This document shows, piece after piece, positions 23,010 to 36,337 of a stretch of DNA of 64,000 nucleotides. The stretch is from Macrostomum lignano (Eukaryota): assembly GCA_002269645.1 (NCBI GenBank), contig NIVC01002411.1:263-64262 (forward strand), given 5' to 3'. A program made the position numbers and the translations under genes. Each line of letters starts with the position of its first letter. Position 1 is the stretch's first letter. The notes below the pieces were generated by a model. That model was not told where the DNA came from. It searched no databases and saw only the letters and a list, made by a program, of their open reading frames with translations.

Positions 23010-25350
23010 GAGAAAGACAGGAAGGGGAAGACAAAGAAGGAAGACAGAGAGGCAAAGACATGGAGGGAAGACAGGGAGGGGAGACAGGGAGGGAAGACAG
23101 GGAGGGAAGACAGGGAGGGAAGACAGGGAGGGAAGACAGGGAAGGGAAGACAGGGAGGGAAGACAGGGAGGGAAGACAGGGAGGGGAGACAGGGAGGGGA
23201 GACAGGGAGGGGAGACAGGGAGGGAAGACAGGGAGGGAAGACAGGGAGGGAAGACAGGGAAGGGAAGACAGAAAGGGGAAGACAGGGAGGGAAGACAGGG
23301 AGGGAAGACAGGGAGGGAAGACAGGGAGGGAAGACAGGGAAGGAAGACAGGGAGGGAAAACAGAAGGGAAGATAGGGAAGGAAGACAGAGAGGGGAAGAC
23401 AGAGAGGCGAAGACATGGAGGGAAGACAGGGAGGGGAGACAGGGAGGGGAGACAGGGAGGGAAGACAGGGAGGGAAGACAGGGAGGGAAGACAGGGAAGG
23501 GAAGACAGGGAGGGAAGACAGGGAGGGAAGACAGGGAGGGAAGACAGGGAAGGGAAGACAGGGAGGGAAGACAGGGAGGGAAGACAGGGAGGGAAGACAG
23601 GGAAGGGAAGACAGGGAGGGAAGACAGGGAAGGAAGACAGGGAGGGAAAACAGAAGGGAAGATAGGGAAGGAAGACAGAGAGGGGAAGACAGAGAGGCGA
23701 AGACATGGAGGGAAGACAGGGAAGGGAAGACAGGGAGGGAAGACAGGGAGGGAAGACAGGGAGGGAAGACAGGGAAGGGAAGACATGGAGGGAAGACAGG
23801 GAAGGGAAGACAGGGAGGGAAGACAGGGAGGGAAGACAGGGAGGGGAGACAGGGAGGGAAGACAGGGAGGGAAGACAGGGAGGGAAGACAGGGAGGGAAG
23901 ACAGGGAAGGGAAGACAGGGAGGGAAGACAGGGAGGGAAGACAGGGAGGGAAGACAGGGAAGGGAAGACAGGGAGGGAAGACAGGGAGGGAAGACAGGGA
24001 GGGAAGACAGGGAGGGAAGACAGGGAGGGAAGACAGGGAAGGAAGACAGGGAGGGAAAACAGAAGGGAAGATAGGGAAGGAAGACAGAGAGGGGAAGACA
24101 GAGAGGCGAAGACATGGAGGGAAGACAGGGAGGGGAGACAGGGAGGGGAAGACAGGGAGGGAAGACAGGGAGGGAAGACAGGGAGGGAAGACAGGGAGGG
24201 AAGACAGGGAGGGAAGACAGGGAGGGAAGACAGGGAGGGAAGACAGGGAGGGAAGACAGGGAGGGAAGACAGGGAGGGAAGACAGGGAGGGAAGACAGGG
24301 AGGGAAGACAGGGAGGGAAGACAGAAAGGGGAAGACAGGGAGGGAAGACAGGGAGGGAAGACAGGGAGGGAAGACAGGGAGGGGAGACAGGGAGGGGAGA
24401 CAGGGAGGGAAGACAGGGAGGGAAGACAGGGAGGGAAGACAGGGAGGGGAAGACAGGGAGGGAAGACAGGGAGGGGAAGACAGAAAGGGGGAGACAGGGA
24501 GGGGAAGACAGAGATGGGAAGACAGGGAGGGAAGACAGGAGGGGAAAACAGAAGGGAAGATAGGGAAGGAAGACAGGGAGGGAAGACAGGGAGGGAAGAC
24601 AGAAAGGGGAAGACAGGGAGGGAAGACAGGGAAGGGAAGACAGGGAGGGAAGACAGAAAGGGGAAGACAGGGAGGGAAGACAGGGAGGGAAGACAGGGAG
24701 GGAAGACAGGGAGGGGAAGACAGGGAGGGAAGACAGGGAGGGGAAGACAGAAAGGGGAAGACAGGGAGGGAAGACAGGAGGGGAAAACAGAAGGGAAGAT
24801 AGGGAAGGAAGACAGAGAGGGGAAGACAGGGAGGGGAAGACAGGGAGGGGAAGACAAGGAGGGAAGACAGGGAGGAGAAGACAGAAGGGGAAAACAGAGA
24901 AGGAAGACAGGGACAGGAAAACAGAAGGAAAGACAGGGAAAGAAGGCAGAGAAGGAATACAGAGAGGGGAAGACAGAGAGGGAAAGACAGAAAGGGGAAG
25001 ATAGGGAGGGAAGACAGAGAGGGGAGACAGGGAGGGAAGACAGGGAGGGGAAGACAGAAAGGGGAAGACAGGGAGGGGAAGACAGAAAGGGGAAGACAGG
25101 GAGGGGAAGACAGAAAGGGGAAGATAGGGAGGGAAGACAGAGAGGGGAGACAGGGAGGGGAAGACAGGGAGGGGAAGACAGAAAGGGGAAGACAGGGAGG
25201 GGAAGACAGAAAGGGGAAGATAGGGAGGGAAGACAGAGAGGGGAGACAGGGAGGGAAGACAGGGAGGGGAAGACAGAGAAGGGAAGGCAGAGAGGGAAAG
25301 ACAGAAAGGGGAAGACAGAAGGAAAGACGGAGAGGAGAGAAGGAGAGAGA
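23010..25350. repeat. 13-bp purine-rich minisatellite (GGGAAGACAGGGA)n with higher-order blocks
   Basis: Direct tandem repetition, almost no T on the + strand. Confidence 0.97.
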
Positions 25351-25909
25351 GCTACATATAAAATTATCTAGCTGGCGGCATAGGTTTCACAATTAAGTCT
25401 AAAAGCTGTGGCCAGAATGTCAACCTTACAGAATGCGCTCACCCCCCCCCTAAACACCCGTTGCGTCACAGTCAGTTGTAAAGCCAAACGCAATGAGCTA
25501 AAAATAGACTGGCACGAGCTAAATTAGCGGGCCTAATAAATGCTGCAAGAGGCGGCCAGTTGGTTCTGTAATTTTTGTGTAAACAAATCATAAAAATGTC
25601 ACGTGTCTGGCAGGAAAAAATCTGAAAATCTACACAATTTAAGCAACGTGCCGGTGGCGTTGCCGCTTTGTCCGATTCTCTGTCTGAAGTTTTTTCTCTT
25701 AGCTTAGCGAGGGAGTCAGAGGGAGAAGAGGAAGTCAGATGAAAGAGCCGGTTCTCATACGGGCGCTTGACAGGAAGGGAGTAACTTTTGCTAATTTATA
25801 TCTTAATGAAAATCATGATTTATTGCCAAAAGATAAGTGATAAGGGTAGACAGAGAGATGAGAGAAAGAGCGTCAACGAAGGAGCGAAGGAGGGGAGAGG
25901 GAGAAAGGG

Positions 25910-26620
25910 AGAGAGACTGAGGGAAGAGGGGAGAGACTGGGGAAGAGGGGAGAGACTGGGGAAGAGGGGATAGACTGAGGGAAGAGGGGAGAGACTGGGG
26001 AAGAGGGGAGAGACTGGGGAAGAGGGGAGAGACTGGGGAAGAGGGGATAGACTGAGGGAAGAGGGGAGAGACTGAGGGAAGAGGGGAGAGACTGAGGGAA
26101 GAGGGGAGAGACTGGGGAAGAGGGGAGAGACTGAGGGAAGAGGGGAGAGACTGAGGGAAGAGGGGAGAGACTGAGGGAAGAGGGGAGAGACTGAGGGAAG
26201 AGGAGAGAAACTGAGAGAAGATGGGAGAGACTGAGGGAAGAGGGGAGAGACTGAGGGAAGAGGGGAGAGACTGAGAGAAGATGGGAGAGACTGAGGGAAG
26301 AGGGGAGAAACTGAGGGAAGAGGGGAGAAACAGAGAGGATGGGAGAGACTGGGGAAGAGGGGAGAGACTGGGGAAGAGGGGAGAGACTGAGGGAAGATGG
26401 GAGAGACTGAGGGAAGAGGGGAGAGACTGAGAGAAGATGGGAGAGACTGAGGGAAGATGGGAGAGACTGAGGGAAGAGGGGAGAGACTGAGGGAAGAGGA
26501 GAGAGACTGAGGAAGAGGGGAGAGACTGAGGGAAGAGGGGAGAGACTGAGGGAAGATGGGAGAGACGGAGGGGAGAGACGGAGGGGGGAGACGGAGGGGA
26601 GAGGGGAGAGGGAGAGAAAA
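25910..26620. repeat. 20-bp purine-rich minisatellite (GAGACTGAGGGAAGAGGGGA)n
   Basis: Direct tandem repetition. Confidence 0.95.
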
Positions 26621-27186
26621 GACCTGAGAATGATATATGAGATTCAGACAGCAGGGACAGAATATGAGAGATGAATAAATATCGAATAGCAGTTGTCAGT
26701 TTGATATAAGCAAGTTAATCTGTCACTTATTAGCATTTTACATAAACTACCAATTATGCAATACCAAAAGCACAGAGCAGCAAGTGACTAGCTCTGCGCG
26801 CACTATAGCTTGCAATAAGTAACATTTAAAGCAGCCGGCCTCGCACAATGGCAAAAATAGGATTGCGCAAGTACCTTGCAGTTGCCCATGCCTCTACATA
26901 ATATATATATCTTTATTTATCGCTGAAATTTGCTTTAGAGAGAAACCTTTTGAAAACTGCAGCACAAAAGGTGGCAACAAAAACCGCAGGGGAGGGGGGT
27001 CGTCGGTCAGGTTTTTGCCTTAATATTCAAGCGCTGCTTACACGTGATATTTTGATTCTTCTTCTGCTAGAAGAGAGTAGGAAGGAAGAGAGGTCTGGTA
27101 GATATAGAAAACCCACAGGAATGAGTGTATAGAACAATGGTAGACTTCTGTCTCCCTAGTTCCAAAGGAAAAAGCCCGTTGTGACA

Positions 27187-27572
27187 TATCCAGTCTGTGA
27201 ACTATCCAGTCTGTGAAATATCCAGTCTGTGAACTATCCAGTCTGTGAAATATCCAGTCTGTGAAATATCCAGTCTGTGAAATATCCAGTCTGTGAAATA
27301 TCCAGTCTGTGAAATATCCAGTCTGTGAACTATCCAGTCTGTGAACTATCCAGTCTGTGAAATATCCAGTCTGTGAAATATCCAGTCTGTGAAATATCCA
27401 GTCTGTGAAATATCCAGTCTGTGAACTATCCAGTCTGTGAAATATCCAGTCTGTGAAATATCCAGTCTGTGAAATATCCAGTCTGTGAACTGTCCAGTCT
27501 GTGAAATATCCAGTCTGTGAACTGTCCAGTCTGTGAACTATCCAGTCTGTGAACTATCCAGTCTGTGAACTA
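27187..27572. repeat. 16-bp minisatellite (TATCCAGTCTGTGAAA)n
   Basis: About 24 near-identical units. Confidence 0.97.
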
Positions 27573-28094
27573 TAGCTCAGAGTCGCTATAAAATTTTCTA
27601 CGTGTCAGATGGCTGCGCCACCAGCCTTCCTTTAGCTAAAAATTTGAGCTGTCAATTTTTGTGATTTAGCCGCCCGTGTCGACTGCTGCATAAGCCTGAT
27701 GACTATTGAGGAGCCATATTGAAAAAAAATTGGCTCAAAACTCCCAGCACAGCACTTGAGAATGGATAAATAGGCAGTAGCAGGTAGCAACAGGTGCCAA
27801 CCTGAAGCCAAACAATGGCAGTAGCACCGAGTTGAGGGGAAGGAATTGGTGTTTGGGATAGAATTCTCCGTGCCAAATGGACCGATAATTCACTAGATGA
27901 GCAGTTCTCAGACAGAAAGAAATTTCAGTTGTTTAACAATACTATTTTGTAAGATTTTCTCCATAGGCGATGCCAAGTCCTTAACACTGTTTAATAAGAG
28001 TTCTCTCGCTAAGTTATAAAACTTGAAAACTTTTACCCATTTTATTCATTTTTCTCTAACTTGTCAATGTTATCATGTTATCATTGTCAATGCA

Positions 28095-28672
28095 CACCTG
28101 AATATTCAGTGGGTCATGTAGGCAGGCTACCTACCTGCCTACTGCACGCCTGAGTATTCAGTGGATCATGTGGTTACCTACCTGCCTACTGCACGCCTGA
28201 GTATTCAGTGGATCATGTGGTTACCTACCTGCCTACTGCACACCTGAGTATTCAGTGGATCATGTGGTTACCTACCTGCCTACTGCACGCCTGAGTATTC
28301 AGTGGATCATGTGGTTACCTACCTGCCTACTGCACGCCTGAGTATTCAGTGGATCATGTGGTTACCTACCTGCCTACTGCACGCCTGAGTATTCAGTGGA
28401 TCATGTGGTTACCTATCTGCCTACTGCACACCTGAGTATTCAGTGGATCATGTGGTTACCTACCTGCCTACTGCACACCTGAGTATTCAGTGGATCATGT
28501 GGCTACCTACCTGCCTACTGCACACCTGAGTATTCAGTGGATCATGTGGTTACCTATCTGCCTACTGCACACCTGAGTATTCAGTGGATCATGTGGTTAC
28601 CTACCTGCCTACTGCACACCTGAGTATTCAGTGGATCATGTGGTTACCTACCTGCCTACTGCACGCCTGAAT
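28095..28672. repeat. 47-bp minisatellite (GAGTATTCAGTGGATCATGTGGTTACCTACCTGCCTACTGCACGCCT)n
   Basis: About 12 contiguous units with no spacers. Confidence 0.97.
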
Positions 28673-29109
28673 TATTCAAACTAAATTCCATAAACATTCA
28701 ATGAACTGAATATCCACTGACCAGCTATTACCTGCACTCATTGTTAACACTATAAAAATGCTAATAGATGACAAAGCATGAAGCTATATACCCGCCCATT
28801 GACAGCATTTTAATGGGTGCAGTTTGCTAAAACTACCAAAAAACTATCGTAAAAAAAGCGCGCAAGATGCGGGTTAGATTAATGAGAAGAGGAGAGGGGA
28901 AAGATGAGAACAGGACGGTTGATAGTTATAACTGGTTCCCAACCCCATCCAATATCCATAAGCAAATATAGCAATAAAATCGCCAATAAAATACACAAGA
29001 GTCGTAATTCAGCAGTGTTTTTGCCGCGACAACCGATTGTAAGCTGTCATAAAGCAGCCCTAATAACGGAATGCTTTCACAAACTTAAAAGTTACTAATT
29101 TATAGTTTA

Positions 29110-29722
29110 TGAAATTTAGGGGTTTATGAAGCTTAGAGGTTTGTTAAGTTTATGGTTTGTGAAGTTTATGCTTTGTGAAGTTTAGGGTTTGTGAAGCTTA
29201 AAGTTTGTGAAGTTTATGCTTTGTGAAGTTAAGGGGTTGTGAAGTTTAGGGTTTGTGAAGTTTAGGGGTTGCGAAGTTTATGGCTTGTGAAGTTTAGGGG
29301 TTGTGAAGTTTATGGCTTGTGAAGTTTAGGGTTTGTGAAGTTTAGGGGTTGTGAAGTTTAGGGGTTGTGAAGTTTATGGTTTGTGAAGTTTAGGGGTTGT
29401 GAAGTTTATGGCTTGTGAAGTTTATGCTTTGTGAAGTTTAGGGGTTGCGAAGTTTATGGCTTGTGAAGTTTATGGTTTGTGAAGTTTAGAGGTTGTGAAG
29501 TTTAGGGGTTGTGAAGTTTAGGGTTTGTGAAGTTTATGGCTTGTGAAGTTTATGGTTTGTGAAGTTTAAAGGTTGTGAAGTTTATAGTTTGTGGAGTTTA
29601 GGGGTTGTGAAGTTTGGGGTTTGTGGAGTTTAGGGGTTGTGAAGTCTGGGGGTTGTGAAATCTGGGGCTTGTGAAGGTTATGATTTGTGAAGTTTATGAT
29701 TTGTAAAGTTTAGGGGTTGTGA
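29110..29722. repeat. 16-bp minisatellite (GTGAAGTTTAGGGGTT)n
   Basis: Direct tandem repetition with variant units. Confidence 0.95.
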
Positions 29723-29949
29723 TCCCCCAAAATCCAATAAAAATGTGTAGATATTAATTACCACAATTTCTATTCCTCATGCTTGAACAGTATAGCTGAC
29801 TCTATCCCCCAATATTATTCCTTGTATGCATCTTGTATATATAAACATATTCCATATCTGGTCTGGTACAGGATGATTAAGTCGTATTACTCAAACACAC
29901 ACACACGCACAAACTGGCGCCAAGGGCTGTTCTGTAGTGCTCGCATCAT

Positions 29950-29952
<3 letters not shown>

Positions 29953-29985
<33 letters not shown>

Positions 29986-30107
29986 CACGAGGGGGGGAGG
30001 GTCACAGTGAGCGCGGCCGCTTGCCAAAAGAGCGAGGGATGCATAATTAATTAGGTAGGGCGTGGGGGGAGTCAGCGAGAGAAAGGATGAGAGAACGATA
30101 GCTCTCA

Positions 30108-30149
<42 letters not shown>
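29953..30149. repeat. (CAG)10 and (CT)~19 microsatellites
   Basis: CAG run at 29953-29982 and CT run at 30112-30149. Confidence 0.9.
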
Positions 30150-30152
<3 letters not shown>

Positions 30153-30562
30153 ATTTCTCACCATTATTTTTTTCTGAGCATCTGCAAAAGTAGAAGATGA
30201 ACAGAATTGGCTAAGACTGATTATCATTATGATTAGTTAGTCTAATAAGTATGGATATATTATATATTAATACTATACTACTGGAATAATACCATCCATG
30301 CTTATATGCGAAACTGAGATAAATGAGATGCGAGCCAATATTCTAAAGCCGCTAAATGCCCAATTTTCGAACCCGGCTGTGCGCGCAGCTACTGAGCTGC
30401 CAGTTCGGGAGAGAACGGAGCAGCCAGAAGAAGAGTTAATCAATGGGCTGGGTTGGGGAGGAATCCTCGTCCGCAACAGGTGGGGGACTGGGGGCATCGG
30501 GACCGGGATCGCAGGTTAGGACTGGCGGCATCGGATTTAGGGTCAGTAATGATATGTAGAGC

Positions 30563-32440
30563 GATCGGGATCAGGAATGGGATCTCGAGTCGGGATCAGG
30601 AATGGGATCTCGAGTCGGGATTAGGAATGGGATCTGGAGTCGGGATCAGGAATGGGATCTGGGAGTCGGGATCTGGAATGGGATCTGGGAGTCGGGATCT
30701 GGAATGGGATCCGGAATGGGATCAAGAATGGGATCTGGAGTCGGGATCAGGAATGGGATCTGGAGTCGGGATCAGGAATGGGATCTGGAGTCGGGATCAG
30801 GAATGAGATCTGGAGTCGGGATCAGGAATGGGATCTGGAGTCGGGATCAGGAATGGGATCTCGAGTCGGGATCAGGAATGGGATCTGAAGTCGGGATCTG
30901 GAATGGGATCTGGGAGTCGGGATCTGGAATGGGATCTGGGAGTCGGGATCTGGAATGGGATCCGGAATGGGATCAAGAATGGGATCTGGAGTCGGGATCA
31001 GGAATGGGATCTGGAGTCGGGATCAGGAATGGGATCTGGAGTCGGGATCAGGAATGGGATCTGGAGTCGGGATCAGGAATGAGATCTGGAGTCGGGATCA
31101 GGAATGGGATCTGGAGTCGGGATCAGGAATGGGATCTGGAGTCGGGATCAGGAATGGGATCTGGAGTCGGGATCAGGAATGGGATCTGGGAGTCGGGATC
31201 TGGAATGGGATCCGGAATGGGATCAAGAATGGGATCTGGAGTCGGGATCAGGAATGGGATCTGGAGTCGGGATCAGGAATGGGATCTGGAGTCGGGATCA
31301 GGAATGGGATCTGGAGTCGGGATCAGGAATGAGATCTGGAGTCGGGATCAGGAATGGGATCTGGAGTCGGGATCAGGAATGGGATCTGGAGTCGGGATCA
31401 GGAATGGGATCTGGAGTCGGGATCTGGAATAAGATCTGGAGTCGGGATCAGGAATGGGATCAGGAGTCGGGATCAGGAATTGGATCTGGAGTCGGGATCA
31501 GGAATGGGATCTGGAATAGGATCTGGAGTCGGGATCAGGAATGAGATCTGGAGTCGGGATCAGGAATGGGATCTGGGGTCGGGATCAGGAATGGGATCTG
31601 GAGTCGGGATCAGGAATGGAATCTGGAGTCGGGATCAGGAATGGGATCTGGAGTCGGGATCAGGAATGGGATCTGGAGTCGGGATCAGGAATGGGATCTG
31701 GAGTCGGGATCAGGAATGGGATCTGGAGTCGGGATCAGGAATGGAATCTGGAGTCGGGATCAGGAATGGGATCAGGAGTCGGGATCAGGAATTGGATCTG
31801 GAGTCGGGATCAGGAATGGGATCTGGAATAGGATCTGGAGTCGGGATCAGGAATGAGATCTGGAGTCGGGATCAGGAATGGGATCTGGAGTCGGGATCAG
31901 GAATGAGATCTGGAGTCGGGATCAGGAATGGGATCTGGAGTCGGGATCAGGAATGGGATCTGGAGTCGGGATCAGGAATGGGATCTGTAATAGGATCTGG
32001 AGTCGGGATCAGGAACGGGATCAGGAACGGGATCAGGAACGGGATCAGGAGTCGGGATCAGGAATTGGATCTGGAGTCGGGATCAGGAATGGGATCTGGA
32101 ATAGGATCTGGAGTCGGGATCAGGAATGGGATCTGGAGTCGGGATCTGGAATGGGATCTGGGAGTCGGGATCTGGAATGGGATCTGAAGTCGGGATCTGG
32201 AATGGGATATGGGAGTCGGGATCTGGAATGGGATCTGGGAGTCGGGGTCTGGAATGGGATCCGGAATGGGATCAAGAATGGGATCTGGAGTCGGGATCAG
32301 GAATGGGATCTGGAGTCGGGATCAGGAATGGGATCTGGAGTCGGGATCAGGAATGGGATCTGGAGTCGGGATCAGGAATGGGATCTGGAGTCGGGATCAG
32401 GAATGGGATCTGGAGTCGGGATCAGGAATGGGATCTGGAG
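30563..32440. repeat. 25-bp minisatellite (GGAATGGGATCTGGAGTCGGGATCA)n
   Basis: About 75 units with recurring variant blocks. Confidence 0.97.
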
Positions 32441-33404
32441 TCTTCTATATATAACGCTGACGCAGTAATAAACCCAGCTGGCAAATCAGATCGGAGATCA
32501 GCATTAGTCAGTCGGTTAGTCAAGCCGGCCACTACAACTTGCCCATAAGTGTTTAAAAAAGGCACACCGGGTTTACAATACGGATAATTGTTGGCCATAC
32601 AGCTATCCTGATATATTGGGAGAACAAAGACTAATTTTCCGGGCTAACTACTATACAAAGAGCAGATCCAGCGCAGACATAATTTAGCAAGGGAATAAAT
32701 TTATGCTGGGGGGGGGAGAGAAAGACCGCGGCGTCAGAAAAGCAGAAGAGAAAAGGTAAGAAAAAACTAAATAAGGCAAACTGAGCCACAGAACACCCAC
32801 CACCAGCAGCAGCTGCAGCAAAGGAGCGGGGGGCGGCATTGCCTTTTGTTAGCTAATTATAATATTATAATATTAATGAGCAATGATTACATAGGGGATC
32901 CAAGTTGGACACGTTGAGCTGGCACAGAACACTCAACTCTTTTTCATGCATAGATTATAGATGGATGGATTTTTTTCTCGATGAAGATGATAGAGTCTTG
33001 TTTGAAATGGGTTTTTTTAGATCCTAAACCTCCGACCTTCGACCCGCTGGCTAGAGACCGCAGATCACAGGTCAGAACGAGGCAGATAACAAAAGACTAC
33101 AATACGGCTAAAGAAGCATGGGCCCTTGAATTGCATGGCCTGCATCATTCATGCTCTTCTTAGCCTAGTTCGTGAAATCGCTATTCTCTGCGAAGGGCTT
33201 TTCACATCAGAATGAAGACAGAAAATGGAGTGCCCGCTTCACAGACTATAATATTGATAATATTAATAAGCATACTAATCAGTACTGCCGCTCCTGGGGC
33301 TGACCCCTGAGCACATGCAAGGTGTACAGCGGTCCTTTGACTTTCTAATCATCAGGCGTGTGCACTCTCTGTGACTTTTTGGCCCTCGGGAACGTGAATC
33401 GGAG

Positions 33405-35045
33405 GACCTAGAATCTTCGCAAACTAGAATATTCACAAACTAGAGTCTTCACAAACTAGAATCTTCACAAACTAGAGTCTTCACAAACTAGAATCTTCAC
33501 AAACCAGAATCTTTACAATCTAGAATCTTCACAATCTAGAATCTTCACAATCTAGAATCTTTACAAACTAGAATCTTCAAAAACTAGAGTCTTTACAAAC
33601 TAGAGTCTTCACAAGCTAGAATCCTCACAAACTAGAGTCTTTACAAACTAGAATATTTACAAACTAGAGTCTTTACAAACTAGAATATTTACAAACTAGA
33701 ATATTTACAAACTAGAATATTTACAAACTAGAGTCTTCACAAACTAGAGTCTTTACAAACTAGAGTCTTCACAAGCTAGAATCCTCACAAACTAGAGTCT
33801 TTACAAACTAGAATATTTACAAACTAGAGTCTTTACAAACTAGAATATTTACAAACTAGAATATTTACAAACTAGAATATTTACAAACTAGAGTCTTCAC
33901 AAACTAGAATCCTCACAAACTAGAGTCTTTACAAACTAGAATATTTACAAACTAGAGTCTTTACAAACTAGAATATTTACAAACTAGAATATTTACAAAC
34001 TAGAATATTTACAAACTAGAATATTTACAAACTAGAGTCTTCACAAACTAGAATCTTCACAAACTAGAGTCTTCACAAACTAGAATCTTCACAAACTAGA
34101 GTCTTCACAAACTAGAATCTTCACAAACCAGAATCTTCACAATCTAGAATCTTCACAATCTAGAATCTTCACCATCTAGAATCTTTACAAACTAGAATCT
34201 TCAAAAACTAGAGTCTTTACAAACTAGAGGCTTTACAAACTAGAGTCTTCACAAGCTAGAATCCTCACAAACTAGAGTCTTTACAAACTAGAATATTTAC
34301 AAACTAGAGTCTTCACAAACTAGAATCTTCACAAACTAGAGTCTTCACAAACTAGAATCTTCACAAACTAGAGTCTTCACAAACTAGAATCTTCACAAAC
34401 CAGAATCTTCACAATCTAGAATCTTCACAATCTAGAATCTTCACAATCTAGAATCTTTACAAACTAGAATCTTCAAAAACTAGAATCTTCAAAAACTAGA
34501 ATCTTCACAAACTAGAGTCTTTACAAACTAGAATCTTCAAAAACTAGAATCTTCACAAACTAGAGTCTTTACAAACTAGAGGCTTTACAAACTAGAGTCT
34601 TCACAAGCTAGAATCCTCACAAACCAGAATCTTTACAATCTAGAATCTTCACAATCTAGAATCTTCACAATCTAGAATCTTTACAAACTAGAGTCTTCAC
34701 AAACTAGAATCTTCACAAACCAGAATCTTTACAAGCTAGAGTCTTCACAAACTAGAATCTTCACAAACTAGAGTCTTCACAAACTAGAATCTTCACAAAC
34801 TAGAGTCTTCACAAACTAGAATCTTCACAAACTAGAGTCTTCACAAACTAGAATCTTCACAAACTAGAATCTTTACAATCTAGAATCTTCACAATCTAGA
34901 ATCTTTACAAACTAGAATCTTCAAAAACTAGAATCTTCACAAACTAGAGTCTTTACAAACTAGAGGCTTTACAAACTAGAGTCTTCACAAGCTAGAATCC
35001 TCACAAACTAGAATATTTACAAACTAGAGTCTTCACAAACTAGAA
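33405..35045. repeat. 16-bp minisatellite (ACAAACTAGAATCTTC)n
   Basis: About 100 units with recurring variant blocks. Confidence 0.97.
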
Positions 35046-35052
35046 ATGATAC

Positions 35053-35214
35053 CAGGGGCGTAGCTAGGAATTTCCTACGGGGGGATACACCAAGGTAAAA
35101 GTGCTATGACAGAGTCACATGGTAGCATGTATAGCAACATACGGCAACAAAAAAGTTTTGGTCAGGCTCTTTGGGGGGGATACATCCCCCCTATCCCCCC
35201 TCCCTACGCCCCTG
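35053..35214. mobile_element. 162-bp hAT-type MITE
   Basis: 11-bp perfect TIR CAGGGGCGTAG...CTACGCCCCTG and perfect 8-bp TSD AATGATAC (35045-35052; 35215-35222). Confidence 0.9.
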
Positions 35215-36014
35215 AATGATACACAAATTACGATAATTATCAATTTTTTTATTGGGCTTCTAATCCAGATTATTCCGAGGTCCCTGGCTGTCACTAGACA
35301 ACAAAGACCGAACAGCGGCCGGGGCTCCAACCCCCACACCGAACTATAGCCTGTCAAGTGCTGAGCTGTCATATTTATTGCGCAACAGCCAAAGGGGTAA
35401 GGGCAATAAAAAAGCGGTATTACTATCATCAACATTACTATTATTATCAATATTATTACATATTGAGTTCTAAAGTGGATGAAGGCCCGGTCCAAAAACT
35501 CAGTGACCCGTCAATGTAAATAACCGTATAAATCTTATCGGTTTTTTTCTGTATACAGATTAAACTCCCCAGATAAGAATAGAGTCCTATTCAATTTTAA
35601 GTGAATACTTTTTATATGCATATAGTTATAATACAACTAACTAAATAGCATTTTTTCAAGACAATTTTAAAACTTCATTCATGTATGAAAAAAAACCTTG
35701 AAAGCATTCCTACACACACGCACTAAAAAACCAGGGTCCGATTTCTGAAACTAGAAGAGGATTTTGGGGACCACCTAGGCAGCTGGGAACCATGGAGACG
35801 TGGCCTTGAGAGTCTGCAGACTGCGGGAGGGAGGGACTCCGCCAATCAAGGCCACAAATAAATCAGGGCTCCGGACGGCCCACCACCTGTCGGCAACGAA
35901 GAATTTGTTGACTATTTTTTCAATAAAAAAACTCATAGACATCTGGATTGGAAAACCACAGCTCCAATTAAACATAAACCTATTGTTAAATATTTTGCGA
36001 GCAGTCCGATACAG

Positions 36015-36337
36015 GGGGGGGGGTTTCACAAACTCGAAATTTCACAACGTCGAAAGCACCTTCTTTCACAAGATCGAAATTTCACAAGGTCGAAATTTCA
36101 CAACATCGAAAACTTTAGCAAGAGACTTCATAAGGTCGAAATTTCACAACATCGAAAACTTTAGCAAGAGACTTCATAAGGTCGAAATTTCACAACATCG
36201 AAAACTTTAGCAAGAGACTTCATAAGGTCGAAATTTCACAAGCTCGAAATTTCACAACGTAGGAAACTACTGTATGGTTCTTGTTATATTAAATTTTCGA
36301 CGTTGTGAAATTTCGATCTTGTGAAAGCCCCCCCCCC
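36015..36337. mobile_element. 323-bp Mutator/foldback-type MITE built from 16-bp units
   Basis: ~41-bp TIRs (G-run TTTCACAAACTCGAAATTTCACAACGTCGAAA and its inverse); 9-bp TSD CCGATACAG (36006-36014; 36338-36346); internal 46-bp tandem repeats at 36086, 36132 and 36178. Confidence 0.85.

Noticed and set aside
22877-25371. Long ORFs up to 616 aa (GREDREGRQ / PCLPSLSSL repeats)
   Set aside because: Translations of the 13-bp minisatellite, open in several frames on both strands. The same applies to ORFs at 17808, 20589, 30453-32548, 37463-40270, 58138-58872, 59257 and 60268-61208.
28095-28672. CRISPR-like regular repeats (also 16550-16855)
   Set aside because: Units are contiguous with no unique spacers, there are no cas genes, and the context is eukaryotic.
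29110-29722. Telomere-like TTTAGGGG motif; also (TTAG)n at 6300-6701
   Set aside because: The periods are 16 and 4 nt, not tandem TTAGGG; interstitial telomere origin is unsupported.
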